Positions 26,760-38,995 of a DNA stretch of 64,000 nucleotides are shown in pieces. The notes under the pieces were generated by a model that made no database searches, had not been told where the DNA came from, and saw nothing but the letters and a program-made list of their open reading frames with translations. The stretch lies in NCBI GenBank assembly GCA_040285855.1, contig JAUFOQ010000004.1, positions 372,001 to 436,000 of the forward strand, written 5' to 3'. Position numbers and translations under genes: made by a program. The first letter of the stretch is position 1. Each line of letters begins with the position of its first letter. Source of the stretch: Eukaryota sp. GEM-RC1. Lineage: Eukaryota.

Positions 26760-27130
26760 TAAAAGCTATGAAACACTACACAGAAAATTCCTGGTCAACA
26801 GTACCACAGTTCTTACACAACTTTGTGATAATTGATTTAAAGAACTTAGGCATCGAACGGAACAGAGAAAAATCAAACGGTTTTGTCAAGCTATGTACAC
26901 TCAACTACTGGTACAGTCTACGCTTTCTATTAGTGCAAATTTGAATTACAAAAAGCTATAGTGATCAACACAAACGATCTCTAGAACAATCTACTCTGCA
27001 TTTTTTAGAGCACGCAAAAACAATTTACTGTGTGTGACAATGTAATCAACAGTGTCAACACTACTGTGCTTTTAGGTCAGTTTGCACCTTTCCATAATTT
27101 CAACATCCCCAAAAGATGAATATAACGACC
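26760..27130 (-). mobile_element. 3' remnant of RLE-type non-LTR retrotransposon
   Basis: Degenerate VDTVD and NRLIF..LFRSMPKFFKSII, resembling 31400-31470; DNA similarity to 50781-50880. Confidence 0.5.
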
Positions 27131-27343
27131 AGTTTTTAGAAGTTGATTTATTCTTAAACGTCATGAGTTAAAACAGTAAAATTATTAAATTCCAAATGAA
27201 AAACTGTATGAAAGAACTGTAAAAGTAAGTACGTTGAACTATTATGCAGATCTACGATATGTAAATACATAGATGTAGATAGTAGTAGAGAAATCCTACT
27301 GCTAGTGGTACCAATTCCTGTATAACACACGTGTCTACAAACG

Positions 27344-28090
27344 ATGATGTTTCCTATTACTCGGCTGCATAATATTCACTGTACGTCCAGCGATATCAGT
27401 TCTGTTGTTCCACACTTGTCCCCTTGTGTCTATGCTGTGTTATTGTTTGATGATAACGATGACATCCTACTTCAAGGAACTGCATTAGCTGTCTCTTCTG
27501 AGCTTCTTCTCACATATTCCTCCATATTCTCCGAATCGTTCGATCCTACTAAACTTCATGTGACAAATCAGCCACAACTTCTTGGTTGTACAGACATGTT
27601 TCCAGTCGAAATTGCTGCTATTGGACGAACACAGATATCTACTTTACATTCTATACCACTTCCTCTAGTGTCAAAGTATGATTCCCAAAATCGACCAGTT
27701 GATGATTTGGTGCTCCTAAAGGCGGCTAGTAATAGTTTACTACCTTGTGAAGTTACTGTCAATCCACAAGTCTCATTATCAACATCTTTATTATCAGCGG
27801 GATTTACTGTTTGTTATCAGTCCCCGCTTGCGTGCTGTAGTTCCACTTTTGAAAACAAGGATTCCAAACAGATAGCTAAATATATTAGTACTCTCAGGGG
27901 ATGTCCTCGTAAAGTAGTAGTTCCTTTTGAAATCCGAACAAAGACAGATGAAGGAGAAAGCATTACATCCATTTCTGGTAAAGAATGTATTGGGGCACCT
28001 GTGTTTTCTGGGATTCAAGGCGAGTGTGTTTTAATAGGAATGGTGAATGACTGTGGAAAGGACTCGGATTTTGTCAGTGTTTTTGAATGA
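27344..28090 (+). CDS. Trypsin-like fold protein, probably catalytically degenerate
   Basis: QGTALAVSSELLLTYSS, DDLVLLK, GKECIGAPVF...LIGMV follow trypsin-like peptidase motifs, but catalytic His and Ser are not evident. Confidence 0.5.
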   Translation: MMFPITRLHNIHCTSSDISSVVPHLSPCVYAVLLFDDNDDILLQGTALAVSSELLLTYSSIFSESFDPTKLHVTNQPQLLGCTDMFPVEIAAIGRTQISTLHSIPLPLVSKYDSQNRPVDDLVLLKAASNSLLPCEVTVNPQVSLSTSLLSAGFTVCYQSPLACCSSTFENKDSKQIAKYISTLRGCPRKVVVPFEIRTKTDEGESITSISGKECIGAPVFSGIQGECVLIGMVNDCGKDSDFVSVFE

Positions 28091-28173
28091 TGGGACCTCT
28101 ATAAAGAGTTTTTATATTTGTACAGGGGGAACCATATCTTGGGAGAAGTTCTACCAATCACGTCAGGATTCGG

Positions 28174-28370
28174 AAAGAATTAAAAAGGAAGGATATAGGT
28201 GGTGGGTAGCAGGAATCTCTTAGCATGAACTGTTACCATCCAGGCTTGAACGCAACATATCTCGGAGTGTGTCAGAATGTGCTAAAGGTTGGAGATTTTC
28301 TGAGGCAAACATAACCACCACTCCAGCTTCAGAAACCGTACACAAAAGAACCTCACAGTTATCCTCTTGG
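28174..28370 (+). repeat. About 200-bp segment also present just downstream of both Fanzor copies (44447-44645; 21402-21599 inverted)
   Basis: Direct match ggatataggtggtgggtagcaggaatctct...cacagttatcctcttgg with scattered substitutions. Confidence 0.92.
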
Positions 28371-28430
28371 TGCAGTTGCTGAGCCATGTTGATCAGAGTA
28401 CTTCTTCGCTTACTTAAAGTTACTGTGATC
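28220..28430 (-). pseudogene. SRF/MCM1-type MADS-box domain fragment
   Basis: ITVTLSKRRSTLINMAQQLHQEDNCEVLLCTVSEAGVVVMFASENLQPLAHSDTLRDMLRSSLD aligns by eye with MCM1/SRF (VTFSKRKxGIxKKAxELSxLTGxxVLLLVVSETGxVYTF...P...LIQACL). The N-terminal MADS residues are not evident. Confidence 0.7.
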
Positions 28431-29179
28431 AGGGAACCATAAAATGAACACACCATATCGCTTCCGTTGATTCTCAATGTAACATAGATCTGAAGAGACT
28501 GTTGGTCGTGTAGACATACAGAGCTGTGGGGGTTCTTTCTGTTCAAATTCTGAACTTCCATCACGTCTATTAAGGCCCATTTTGAACGACTATCGATTTC
28601 CTCTTTTGGCAGGATCTTTCTCTTTTCGGGAATCATGACCTGCTTTAAATTCAATGTTTTAGCAAAATGCTTAAACAGAGAACTAACGGGGTCAAACGGT
28701 TCTTGACACCACTCCAGGACTTCTTGGACTCACTTGTTGCATCCTGAAGTCTGTTATTATGCCCATTCCATCTTCACTATATAAAGGTTGGTGTTTCTTA
28801 CGTGATCACTTTTTCCTCCTTTCGGACTGCGTATAATGGAACTTTTTTTTACAGGTAGTCTGCAGCTAAATGAGTCAAAATCAGAATTTGGCTTTGTACT
28901 CTCATGGTCAATCGTTGTTGAACCGTTCTCGAGATTCATTATTAGCAATTGTGAGCAGAAGAAGATAATTCAGTGTCCATTTTGTTAATACCATAATGTT
29001 CATCGTTAGCTGTAAAAATGAATGTTCACAAGACACCATTAATTGTCAAAAGATGAGTTAATATCTCATACAATTTGTGTGAAGAATATATGCTCTACGT
29101 TTACTAAGAAATTGATTCTGTCTTTCGTCACCACAATAATAACAAGTACTTAATTAATTATTCTGTTTAATTTGTATTT

Positions 29180-29790
29180 GTGTGATGAAGCGCAGAATTT
29201 AAGTTGTGATTACTTTTAGGTTCGTACTCTGCATAATTGTTCAACAACTCTGAATATGTGTGTTGTAATCGTTGCAGTGCAACTTTGAGACATGTAATTG
29301 ATTGCCCCGAATTAATACTATTGCGTTCTGTAAATGCTGTCAGAGATTGAAAGGATTAAAACTCATGGCATTTATGCTAATGCTGAACCAATATTCAGTC
29401 ACTTCAGTTTTCAATAATCAATAATTCTCGTCGTGGTGACATTTCGTGGTCCCTTTGTGGACTCCAGTCAAAATATTCTTAATGTTACAACATTGGATCT
29501 ACTGTGCTCAAATTTATGTAAGCAGCATAACTTCACAAGGTCTTAACTGCTTAAAAACAGTAGCAACACGTAAAGTATTCCAGTTGATGTTGCTAAGCTT
29601 CATCTAAAATTGGAATTTGTTGCATATGATATTTCTGTTTTCGGTAGTATTGGTGAAGAGACTGCTCAGTTCATAAATGATTCTTGGTCTATGTGAATTT
29701 CTCAAAAGGGATTCAATTTGACCGAATTGTTTGTTTTGTTATTTATTTCGATCGATGCCCAGTTTATTAGGTCCATTTCCTATGTTTTGT
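29180..29790 (+). mobile_element. Degenerate RLE-type non-LTR retrotransposon 3' end
   Basis: Broken frames: LHN, AEPIF, RRGD, NVTTLD, ISVFGSIGEETAQF, FRSMP. Confidence 0.55.
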
Positions 29791-30719
29791 AAGAAATGTG
29801 GTGCTAATGATTAGCAGTGTTATAAATACCATTCATCACGTGTGCATTTTCCAAATATACCTTACCCATTGCATTTCTACCATCCTTACCTCCTTAGTTA
29901 GTATAGTATCAGTATAGTGTCTCAGGATAAGTAGCCAATTAGAGGTCTGGCTGATGTTATATCTCAGAAAATCTGAATGCAATATTTTGTAGTATTTTAA
30001 TGTAATCAATTTAATAATGAAACTGAAATGTAAACACAATATTGTATCACAAACCACTAAGTATTTCCAGATTTTGTAAGATCTCATTAAATATTTTCGA
30101 GCAATCAGGCCCTCTCATAAAGTAATTTTAAATAATTTGACAAAGAAAGGTACCAAAAATATATGTGAAATAAATAAAAATAGAGCAATAGAAACACAAA
30201 TACAACAAACTACATTTATATATGTCATAGTTCAAGTCAAGGTCAGGGGACACTTAATCCTTTGGACAGTTTTTGGTTCGTCTAAAAGTATCTGACCCAT
30301 TTCTTATGAGTGATCTATTATTGCTGTCAATTCATCGAAACCCGTGAAGATTAATCAGCATTTTAGTTGCTTAATGGTATCTTTCGTTCACTCCTGAACA
30401 ACAGGTGGGTTGGATAAGAAAACAGCTCCATCAAAATCTAATAATTCGTTTCTGAAAATTTTGACAGTTTCTGTGGAAATGAGCACAATGTACGGTTAAA
30501 CAGGACCTTTTGGGGGGGGGCGTTCATTTGACTATGATCTGAAAGAGCGTTTTGCACTTAGTTTGAGAATATCGGACCTCAAGTAAATGGATAAATGATT
30601 CTATTTTCATTTATTTCCAAAAAGTGTTTAGCTTGGCTAAGACTAAGATCCCGCTTTTTGTGCTTTTTTGAACTATATTTCTTCAAGCTCTGCGTTTTCA
30701 TTTGTTTCTCCTTTGCCAA

Positions 30720-31527
30720 TAAAATTTTGTTTTAATCTTAAGGATCATGGATGGCTTATAAACATGAGAGTTAGGTTAGGTTTATGGCCCTTAAGTCTTT
30801 TGAAGCATTCTCCATGTCTTTGTGGTGGTTCAAAGGTTTCAAATTTTCATCATTTAGTTAACTGTCATCAATTTATTCAATTTTTTTTATATTTTTTTAT
30901 TATAAATGTAATAGATCAAACAACTAGAATTTAAAACAACACCCGTCGTTATCAAACCTTTTGATTCATTTTAGATCAATTATTCACAACAGTATCCGGG
31001 GTACATGTTTAGATATGTTTTAGGCTAATGGTTTGCATGGAACACTTGAACCGTTACTTGCTAATCTTTCTCATCAGCCAAAAGTTGATAGCAGTTGTGA
31101 AAGTTGTGGTGATTTGATTGGTCCTTGGTTGTCTTGTCAGGAAATTATCATGGATTTCACAACTGTTGGTCCTTGTAATTCAAGATCAATTTCCAAAATT
31201 TATGATGATGCCTTTTCTGCTCTTGAAGTGATCTGAAAAAAGAAAAAAATACAAAGTTCTTTCACTTAATTAACCACTTGAATGTTGACAGGTACATTTC
31301 TTTTGTGTTTCCACGGTAAAGTTGGACCAGCTGCACAAGGTTTTTTAACTTCCTTTGGTAAACTGTGTTCCGAGTGCGGTATAGTTTTCAATGAAAATTT
31401 TTGGTTGAGTAGGTTAACGTTTGCGTTGTTTCGTTCAATGCACAGATATTTTAATTCAATTTCAGGTAAGTTGTTCGGTGATGGACAGAAGGATCATAGT
31501 TTAGATGCTTTAGTTAGTGTCTGTTAG
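30720..31527 (+). mobile_element. Degenerate RLE-type (CRE/SLACS-like) non-LTR retrotransposon 3' end: zinc knuckle plus restriction-like endonuclease
   Basis: RVRLGL..PCLCG..HHLVNC, IHNSIR, LEPLL, CGDLIGP, MDFTTVGPC, KKKY-like, HGKVGPAAQGFL, FWLSRLTFALFRSM; stops and frameshifts present. Confidence 0.7.
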
Positions 31528-32022
31528 TTATTAATTTTTGCAAATGCATTTATTCCACTGTTTGATCATAAACCCCGTTTTTTTAAAAATGTCAAAAATC
31601 AATTAAAATATAAATAAATGTTAATAAGTACTTGTACAATTTATATACATATGTATGTATATTCATGAGGAGCGCTGGAACAATATGTACATATTTAAAC
31701 AACACCACAAATGTTTTCCATGTACTGTACTGAAATCGCCTCGGTACGGAATAATTTGCGTTCCAGGGTTTAAATCAAATAGATATCTACCAGCACGAAT
31801 TTCCATTAATAATGAACCATCATTCCGAAATTGATGAACAAATTCCAAAAATCATGTTTCCGCCAAAAAAGTCACAGATTTCGATAGTTTTTCTTCAATC
31901 ATAACAAGAACATTTTTTAGACACAATGCGAACATATCATTTAACTTCAGAATTGACTGCAATAACACGTTTTATCAACAACAATAATCAACAAATTCTA
32001 TACATATTTGCCAGTACGTTGA

Positions 32023-33022
32023 TTAGCAAACAACTCTGCATTCCCATTCTCCACGGGAGTTGATGGAGCATGAAGTACGGCATCTGTTATCATTAGCGGG
32101 GACTTCATCATTGGGAGCAGATCCAGCTTGACCGGCAGTGACCATAGATTCAATGTTACATTCGTTAACACCACGGCGGATACGGAAGTGACCTGATTCA
32201 CCCCATCCAGTTCCCCAGGAGTTAGCAACTAACCAGTACTTTTGACCGTTTTCAACACCCCACCCAATCATCTTGACGGCATGTCCACCTTGGAGATAAC
32301 CAGTTTGATGATGATAGATACCAGATCGGTAGGACATGAAATCGGAGTAGACGGAGAAACCGACTTCAACGGAACCGTATTGTTGGATTTCAGACATGAT
32401 GGCGGCTTCAGAAGAGGAGACGTCATAAGCATTAGCAGCCTTGTACATCTTAAGAGCAGATCCATCTTCACATTGAGAAGGACATGGAGGAACTTGACCG
32501 GCACGTCCGGAAACGTACTTCATACAAGAGTCTTCAACAACACCAGTGGAAGCCATGAATCTCCAAACCTTGTCTAACCAACCACCGTTACAGGCCATGT
32601 TAGACTTGTCACAGGATACTAACCATTGAGGGGAGAGGACAACCTTCTTGTTTTGAGCGATACAGAATCTATCGGAGAGAGCCTATGATAAAATGAAAAA
32701 TGATACTTACCTCAGCAGCACCGAAAGCCCAGCAGGAACCACAACGTCCTTGATCACGGATAGAGTAGGAGGGGCATCCAGGCCACTGTTCACGGACATC
32801 AAAGGTATCGGGAAGGTTGTCATTTTCTTCAACTTTCTTGGGAAGGTTGATGAAGTCGAGCTTCAAACCCAAAAGAGAGCGCATTTCTTCATGAGTCATA
32901 CCGACAAATCTGGGGTTAACACCAGCAACCCATGTGGAGGTGGGATTGGAGTTGACAATGGAGACGATTTGAGGGTTAGCGAAAACCACAGCAGCAAGAG
33001 CTAAAACGAACAACAGCTTCAT
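32023..33022 (-). CDS. Cathepsin B-like papain-family (C1A) cysteine protease with signal peptide and a 28-nt intron
   Basis: [77 protein letters not shown]. Confidence 0.95.
32683..32710 (-). other. 28-nt spliceosomal intron in cathepsin B
   Basis: gtaagtatcatttttcattttatcatag; removal restores the conserved AAE-ALSDRFC. Confidence 0.92.
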
Positions 33023-33499
33023 GATACGAGAATAAGTGACTTTTGATTTTGCCTGGGTGATTTCTGTCAATGTGTCAATCAGTGAACTGTCTTGTTTCAT
33101 CAATCTTCCACGTTATTACCGTATTTACACTTCATTGGTACTAAGCGTACTTGTCCACTATTCGTACTCTTAGCAATCATGATTTCAGTTGTTTTAGTTG
33201 TTGTTCGTATTTTTCAGAACATCGGCGGGCAACAGCAATTAAACTCTCTCTCAAGGGAGAATTGGCATGCACAGTCTCTGAACACATAGAATGAAGACAT
33301 TCAAAAGCAATGAAATTACCCACCTATATATGTCAAATAATTTAAAAAGTACAATGTATATCGATATGACACTAATTAGACAAACCAGTTTAGTAGACTG
33401 AAAAGAAGGAAGTACAAAAACTAACCCTCGTCATCATTAAGCCAATCCACATCACTATCAATTCTTATCACAGTTTTAGCCTCAAAAAGGAACTCACAA

Positions 33500-33850
33500 C
33501 TAGGACTGTTTGAAGATGATTTGGGGAATTATGTTAAAACAGTACAAACTGATACTATTCAACCATAGCACATGATCAAACGTAAGTACATCATTTTGTT
33601 TTTACGATTTTTCAGAAAGCATTTAAAACCACTTCAGAGCGCTCTTTCCTAAACGGCCGTAGATTGATAAAGCTAAAGGACATAAGTCTTATTCAACACG
33701 GTTTTTCACATTTATGAGCCTACTGTTGTACTTAGTAGTATCCTGTTTGACTTGTATTCAAAACAACAGATACAATTTTTTCAGACCTGCACATAGCATG
33801 TATTTGGTCTCTAACGGCATCATGCATATAAGTTCGATAAGTAATATAAC
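33500..33850 (-). mobile_element. Degenerate RLE-type non-LTR retrotransposon remnant
   Basis: MHDAVRDQIHAMCRS and TKYNSRL...CPLALSIYGRLGKSALKWF. Confidence 0.6.
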
Positions 33851-34002
33851 AGCTAATAAACAGTAACCAAGTTATTGTCACCATACAAACGAAAACTACT
33901 CACTTGCATTCGTGTTCGTGTCTCGTTTTGAGAGGGCAGACTTAACGACTTCAACAACAACAACGAGATTCGTTGCTAAGATTGACTTTTTCCCCTTCAC
34001 AA

Positions 34003-36518
34003 ATGACTGCAACATCCCAATTTTGGGAACTCGATGCATCGTATCTTGGTGATATCTGTGATCAACTGGGACATTGTGTAGTATCATCCACCACTGTTGA
34101 CGATGATGTGGAACTTCATCTCAATGGGTCTATAGAAGACTTTTTAACATCGGACCCTTCTCCTCTACGACTCCAGGCTCTTCTTTTCCCCTTAGACAAG
34201 TGTCGTATCGTAGAACTCCTTTTACAACTCTTGCAAACAGACACTTTATCTTCTTCTCTACGACTCCTTTGCTTCAAGAATCTTCGTTCAGTAATCGAAG
34301 TCTGTACGGCTGCTGATGACCAGAGCAACACGTCTTCCTCCAAACTTTCCTTCATGCTCGCAAGATCCCTCCTCAAAGCTGATGCTTTAAATCGCTTGGC
34401 CATCCTTGCTGGTGCTCTCCCAAGTGAGTCAGAGTTCCCCTCTCTTTCTTATCTAGAACAAGCTGCCGCTCTCGAAACCCTCTCCTATGCCGTCTGCTGC
34501 CACCAAATCACCATCCAATCTGTATCTTCCTCCACTCTCTTCCCCGCCATCCTCTCCCTCCTCACCTCTCTTCAGTCCATCCACTCAGCAGCTGAAGTAC
34601 GTAAATGGACTGCTATCGTCGTCTCTGTCATTGCATCTCATCGCGCCAACGACTTGCTTCACGAACCCGCCACTCTACCTACTCTACTGAACGCAATCAA
34701 ATTTGATTGGTCTCATGAGGTTAGAGCTCAGTCTGCCGATGCTCTTTCCCTGATTGTTGGTGGAGCTCCTGTTTGCATTCGGTCTTTGACTCAAGATCAT
34801 GAAGTTCACTTGTTCATTCATGAACGATTGGAAGACGAAAGAAATGAAACAGTTATTCTTGCCCTACTCAACTTATTTGAAAAGTTTTTAGTGTCCACGG
34901 GAATTGTTACTTATTTCAATGATTCTGAAGGTAGTCAGCTTATTTCTGCTAACGCCACCTTTATCACTTCATTTATTGAACATCGATGCTGGAAAACACT
35001 TACCGTCATGTTAAACAAACGGATTAATCCCGCTATCACATCCCTAGCAATCAGATGCCTTCGTTTACTAGTCCAACTGAGCCCAGTCAATCTTCGATTT
35101 GGACTGACAATCGTCAATCACTTTGAAATGATCTCTTCCCTACTCACTCTAGGTTCTGCTACTCCAACTACTCCTGAGGTAATCCTCTGCTGTGTAGAGG
35201 CTTCACTGTGTATTTCTTGGATAGCTGCAACAGATAGACATGCGCTAAAGAAGCTTTCCTCTGACCTCACCCCCTTTTCTGTATGGGCTGACTCTGTGGG
35301 AAGAGCTCTCATCAATTCCCTTCTTTTGTTAGAACCTTCCTCTCTCAATGGTATGGTTCTACGTGATGTCTCTGGTCAACGTCTTAATGGGCTAGGTCTA
35401 GGAGAGATGGCTTTGAACTCTAGCTTGGTATCTCCTTTTGTTACCTTGGGAACCCATGGAGACTTAGTCAAGGTTAGGACCATGGATCTATCTGAACGGA
35501 TTCTGACCATGATTAAGGAGATTCCACTTGATGAGGATCAATCACATTTGATTGGAAGTGTTCATGACTCCGAAGTGAGCCCTTCTCCTTATTCTGATTG
35601 GGATAATAAGCTCACGTTTTCTCTTTTGCTATTATCTCTAGCTAGATCGGTTGCTCCCAAAGGAATAGCTGCTTCAGACATGATCAAGGCTGCTAAACAG
35701 AAGAAATCTTTAGTAGGATTGTTGGAAGAGAGGAAGGAGAAGAAAAGTCCGGAACCTTTTAAGTTTGGACTTGGTGATGGAACTAAGTTTGGTGGGAAAA
35801 CTAACTTTGAAGAGAGTTCTCGGCTGTATTCACCTTTACATAGTAAGAGTCGTGTTGAGTATGACTTAGGAGATAGTCTGGAATCGTCTCCAATGCTGAA
35901 CTCATCTCCCAAGAAGAGCTCACCACCAAAGTCTGTTTTTAAGAAGGTTCCCTTTAGTCCTAGTGGTGTTGTTAGAAAGGGTTGTGATGGAAGTTACAAG
36001 TTTAGATATGACGAGTTAGTCTTGGATAATCAAACGACTTTTGAAGAAAGTCAACTGGAGTTTTCCATTGAGAAGAACGACGTTTGTCATTCTAAAATGG
36101 CTGAGATATCAAAAGTTCAGGCAAAGATTCTCTCTCTTTTGAAAAGGAAAAGCTTCTCTGTCCTGTTAATCCTACAACTAGACAGAAGAGAACTCTAGTG
36201 ACTAAGTACATGAAGAGAGCGGCTTCAAATGACAATTATCTAACAAAGATTGTCAAATTGATCGAGACTAAAGGTGAGGAACTTACGAAGCTTGCAGTTG
36301 AGCGGTTCGAAGATGAGTTTGTTACTGATTCGAATCTCAAGTCTTTCGGAATCCTGTTGAATTCTTTGACTCAAGAAGACCTTCCAAAGGTTGAAGAACC
36401 TGAACCTGTTGAGGAAGAGGTTGATGAGAACGATGAGTCTAAGGAAGAAGTTGTTGAAGAGGAAAAGAAAGAAGAGGCTGTTGAAGAGGAAAAGAAAGAA
36501 GAAGAACCAAAAGAATAG
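34003..36518 (+). CDS. Hypothetical ARM/HEAT-like helical protein with acidic C-terminal tail (one frameshift near 36135)
   Basis: Leu-rich helical repeats (EVRKWTAIVVS, EVRAQSADALS). The 36198-36518 ORF frame is open back to 36138 and joins by a -1 shift in ctctctctttt. Confidence 0.65.
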
Positions 36519-36619
36519 TTGTAAAATATCTACGTTGTATTTCATTGTTAAATAAATTGTCTAATCAAGCGGTTACATAATACTAAAGGAATAAACATTG
36601 ACAATAACATATCTTTTTA

Positions 36620-38110
36620 TTAACACTTCATTTTAGGAGTTCGGCCTCGAGGACAGAACAAGTTCATGAAAGGATAAGGTTTAATAGAGTTGAAATAAGG
36701 AAGCTTCTCAAAATCATATTCAAATCCTCCAAGTATTTGACATGCACCTCTACTTCCACATCCACACCACTCTGGCTTTCCCACCCACTCCTCTCTATAA
36801 ATCCCCAACTGACAGACATCTAAAGGGGTGAACTCACCAGGAACAAGACTAGAAGAGACTTCTTCATCAAACACACCTGCTTCTTGTAACACTTTGATGA
36901 CGTAACCGGAGCACATCAATTCTGGAAGACCTTCCTCATACGTCCAATCATTCTGTTCAGGGATCGACATCACGTCACCAAGATTGAGTGCTCTCCTAGA
37001 TCGAATTTCACGAAGAACTTGTCGCATTGAGTTCAGCTCCTCATTACCTAGTCTTTTAGCAATTCCTCTCACCGCAATCTCTCTTACAATACTAGGAGCA
37101 AACACATCTCCAATTTGAAGTAACATTTGCATGAAAGCCCAAGACCAAGTTCCAGGAAAGCTCTCATACGAGTCTATCCAACTGTACAAGAAATTACGAA
37201 GTCCATAATGAGTACCAAGATGACGTGAAACCCACGTGACAGCTCTTTCGTTATCAAACCTATCCCTAACCTCATCCTTTAATGGCAACAACACAGTCAT
37301 TCCTCTCTTAGTTCCATGTTCTACTCTCCACCATTCGTCAAAAGGAAGAGCCACGAAACCCCTTCTAACCTCAGTAACGTTATCATAACCCCAGAGCTCT
37401 TCTGAGAAGGGATCAGAGTCAGTTGATTCAGTGATGTAGAGCTCACCATTGATCTCTACAGCAATACACATGTGAGACACCATTCCACCAGTTCCATATG
37501 CGATAACAGAAGATCCAGCGGCGAGAGAATATTGCAGAAGAATATCTCCAGGTTTAATCAACTTTTTAACTTCATCTCCTCTGTTTGGAGGTGCAGGAGG
37601 TCTGGGTAAAAACTCAACATCAAAGTTCCTCTTCATAAACTCTTGGTTGTGTTCAACTGTATTGGACCCCCAGAAGAGATTCAGCGTGTTTATTAGCTCA
37701 GGCATCCACTGCTTAAATGATTGGTGAATGTAGAAGAGAAGAAGCTCATTGCGAACAACTAGATCATATCTAGATGGAGATAGAATAAGATTCCAAGTGT
37801 TGACACCAGAGGATCGAATGATACGAAAGCGAAGAGCACGGGGGAAAATGAGAGCATATGATTCAGAACAAGAGTCTTTTGATATAGAGACTGAGTGAAC
37901 TTTGATTTGAACTCGCTTAATCCAACTGAGGTTGTCATAGAGACGTAGAGAGGCAGAGTGGTGATAGCAAGGAGTTGACCATGTGTAAGGACCCGATGAG
38001 GAAGGTTTGAATTCAGCAACTAGGGGAGGTGATAAGTCCATGTAAGTGACGGGTTCATATGAGATGACGACAACAATTAACAAGAAGAAGAATAAAACAG
38101 GTAATTGCAT
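36620..38110 (-). CDS. Secreted permuted papain-like (NlpC/P60, YiiX/YaeF-like) amidase
   Basis: Signal peptide; IKPGDILL, SHMCIAV..ELYITES (His first), LMCSGYV (Cys later), FTPLDV. Confidence 0.7.
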   Translation of the reverse strand: MQLPVLFFFLLIVVVISYEPVTYMDLSPPLVAEFKPSSSGPYTWSTPCYHHSASLRLYDNLSWIKRVQIKVHSVSISKDSCSESYALIFPRALRFRIIRSSGVNTWNLILSPSRYDLVVRNELLLFYIHQSFKQWMPELINTLNLFWGSNTVEHNQEFMKRNFDVEFLPRPPAPPNRGDEVKKLIKPGDILLQYSLAAGSSVIAYGTGGMVSHMCIAVEINGELYITESTDSDPFSEELWGYDNVTEVRRGFVALPFDEWWRVEHGTKRGMTVLLPLKDEVRDRFDNERAVTWVSRHLGTHYGLRNFLYSWIDSYESFPGTWSWAFMQMLLQIGDVFAPSIVREIAVRGIAKRLGNEELNSMRQVLREIRSRRALNLGDVMSIPEQNDWTYEEGLPELMCSGYVIKVLQEAGVFDEEVSSSLVPGEFTPLDVCQLGIYREEWVGKPEWCGCGSRGACQILGGFEYDFEKLPYFNSIKPYPFMNLFCPRGRTPKMKC

Positions 38111-38290
38111 GACAAATGGGGTACGTAATACAGATCAGAAGATCGATTCTGATATCATGTTGTAGCAAGGTTTTCTTTGGAAGTAGGTTTCTTGTAAGTA
38201 CAACACTAGGTTTCATAAATTAGATAGCGAATTAATACACTAAAAATAAGGAAGGTATGTGAAGGAAGATGCACAATACTGTAGAAACAC

Positions 38291-38745
38291 CTAACGAGCA
38301 CGACTATCTATTGAGATGGTAACAGGACCATCGTTAACGATCGTTACTTCCATCATTGCTTGAAAGACTCCTGTTTTAACCTCTCCCGAATGTTGATCTT
38401 TTACTTTCGACGTCAGATATTCGAACAAAGTCGTTGCACCATCGGGACTCATTGCCAAATGAAAGTCTGGTTTGGTTCCCTTTTGCAGATAGAATATAAA
38501 GTGAATTGACTGACTAGCAAGACACCATATCCGAGATCGTTCACACTCTTTTTCCAGTGAAGTCCTTCTTCATTGGAAAACAGACGAAGACTCACAATTT
38601 TTCGGGCAATATAGTCCGCATCCTCCATTGTATCATCTCTATGAATTCCAACTAGAACATTCAGTCCATGAGCGATCTCGCCGGAAACAGTTCCATCTTC
38701 AAGAGTGACTCGGGATTCCTTAACTCTTTGTATGATAGCCTTCAT
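38291..38745 (-). CDS. DTD1: D-aminoacyl-tRNA deacylase (one frameshift near 38482)
   Basis: MKAIIQRV, LVSQFTL, shifted KGTKPDFHLAM, GVFQAMMEVTIVNDGPVT. Confidence 0.93.
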
Positions 38746-38865
38746 CTGAATTTCCATCTTTCAACTGCTTAATTTCCAATCTTGCAAACAACTCGAACAA
38801 ATGATTGATGCCTATATTGGAAACAAAATGAACATAGGATATATGTTAAACATTCGCAAGTCTCA

Positions 38866-38944
38866 ATGTCTTATAAACTGTTCGTTGGACAAATTCCCAA
38901 AACATTCACAGAACAAGATTTAGAGAGTTTATTTAACAAATATG
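38866..38944 (+). other. Orphan exon encoding the first half of a CELF/Bruno-like RRM, ending at a 5' splice donor
   Basis: MSYKLFVGQIPKTFTEQDLESLFNKY(G) followed by G|GTAAGT; the unspliced frame stops at TAA 38950-38952. Confidence 0.65.
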
Positions 38945-38995
38945 GTAAGTAAGCAAATCAGAAAATTGAACCAGAACAAAATCCAAACACTTGCA

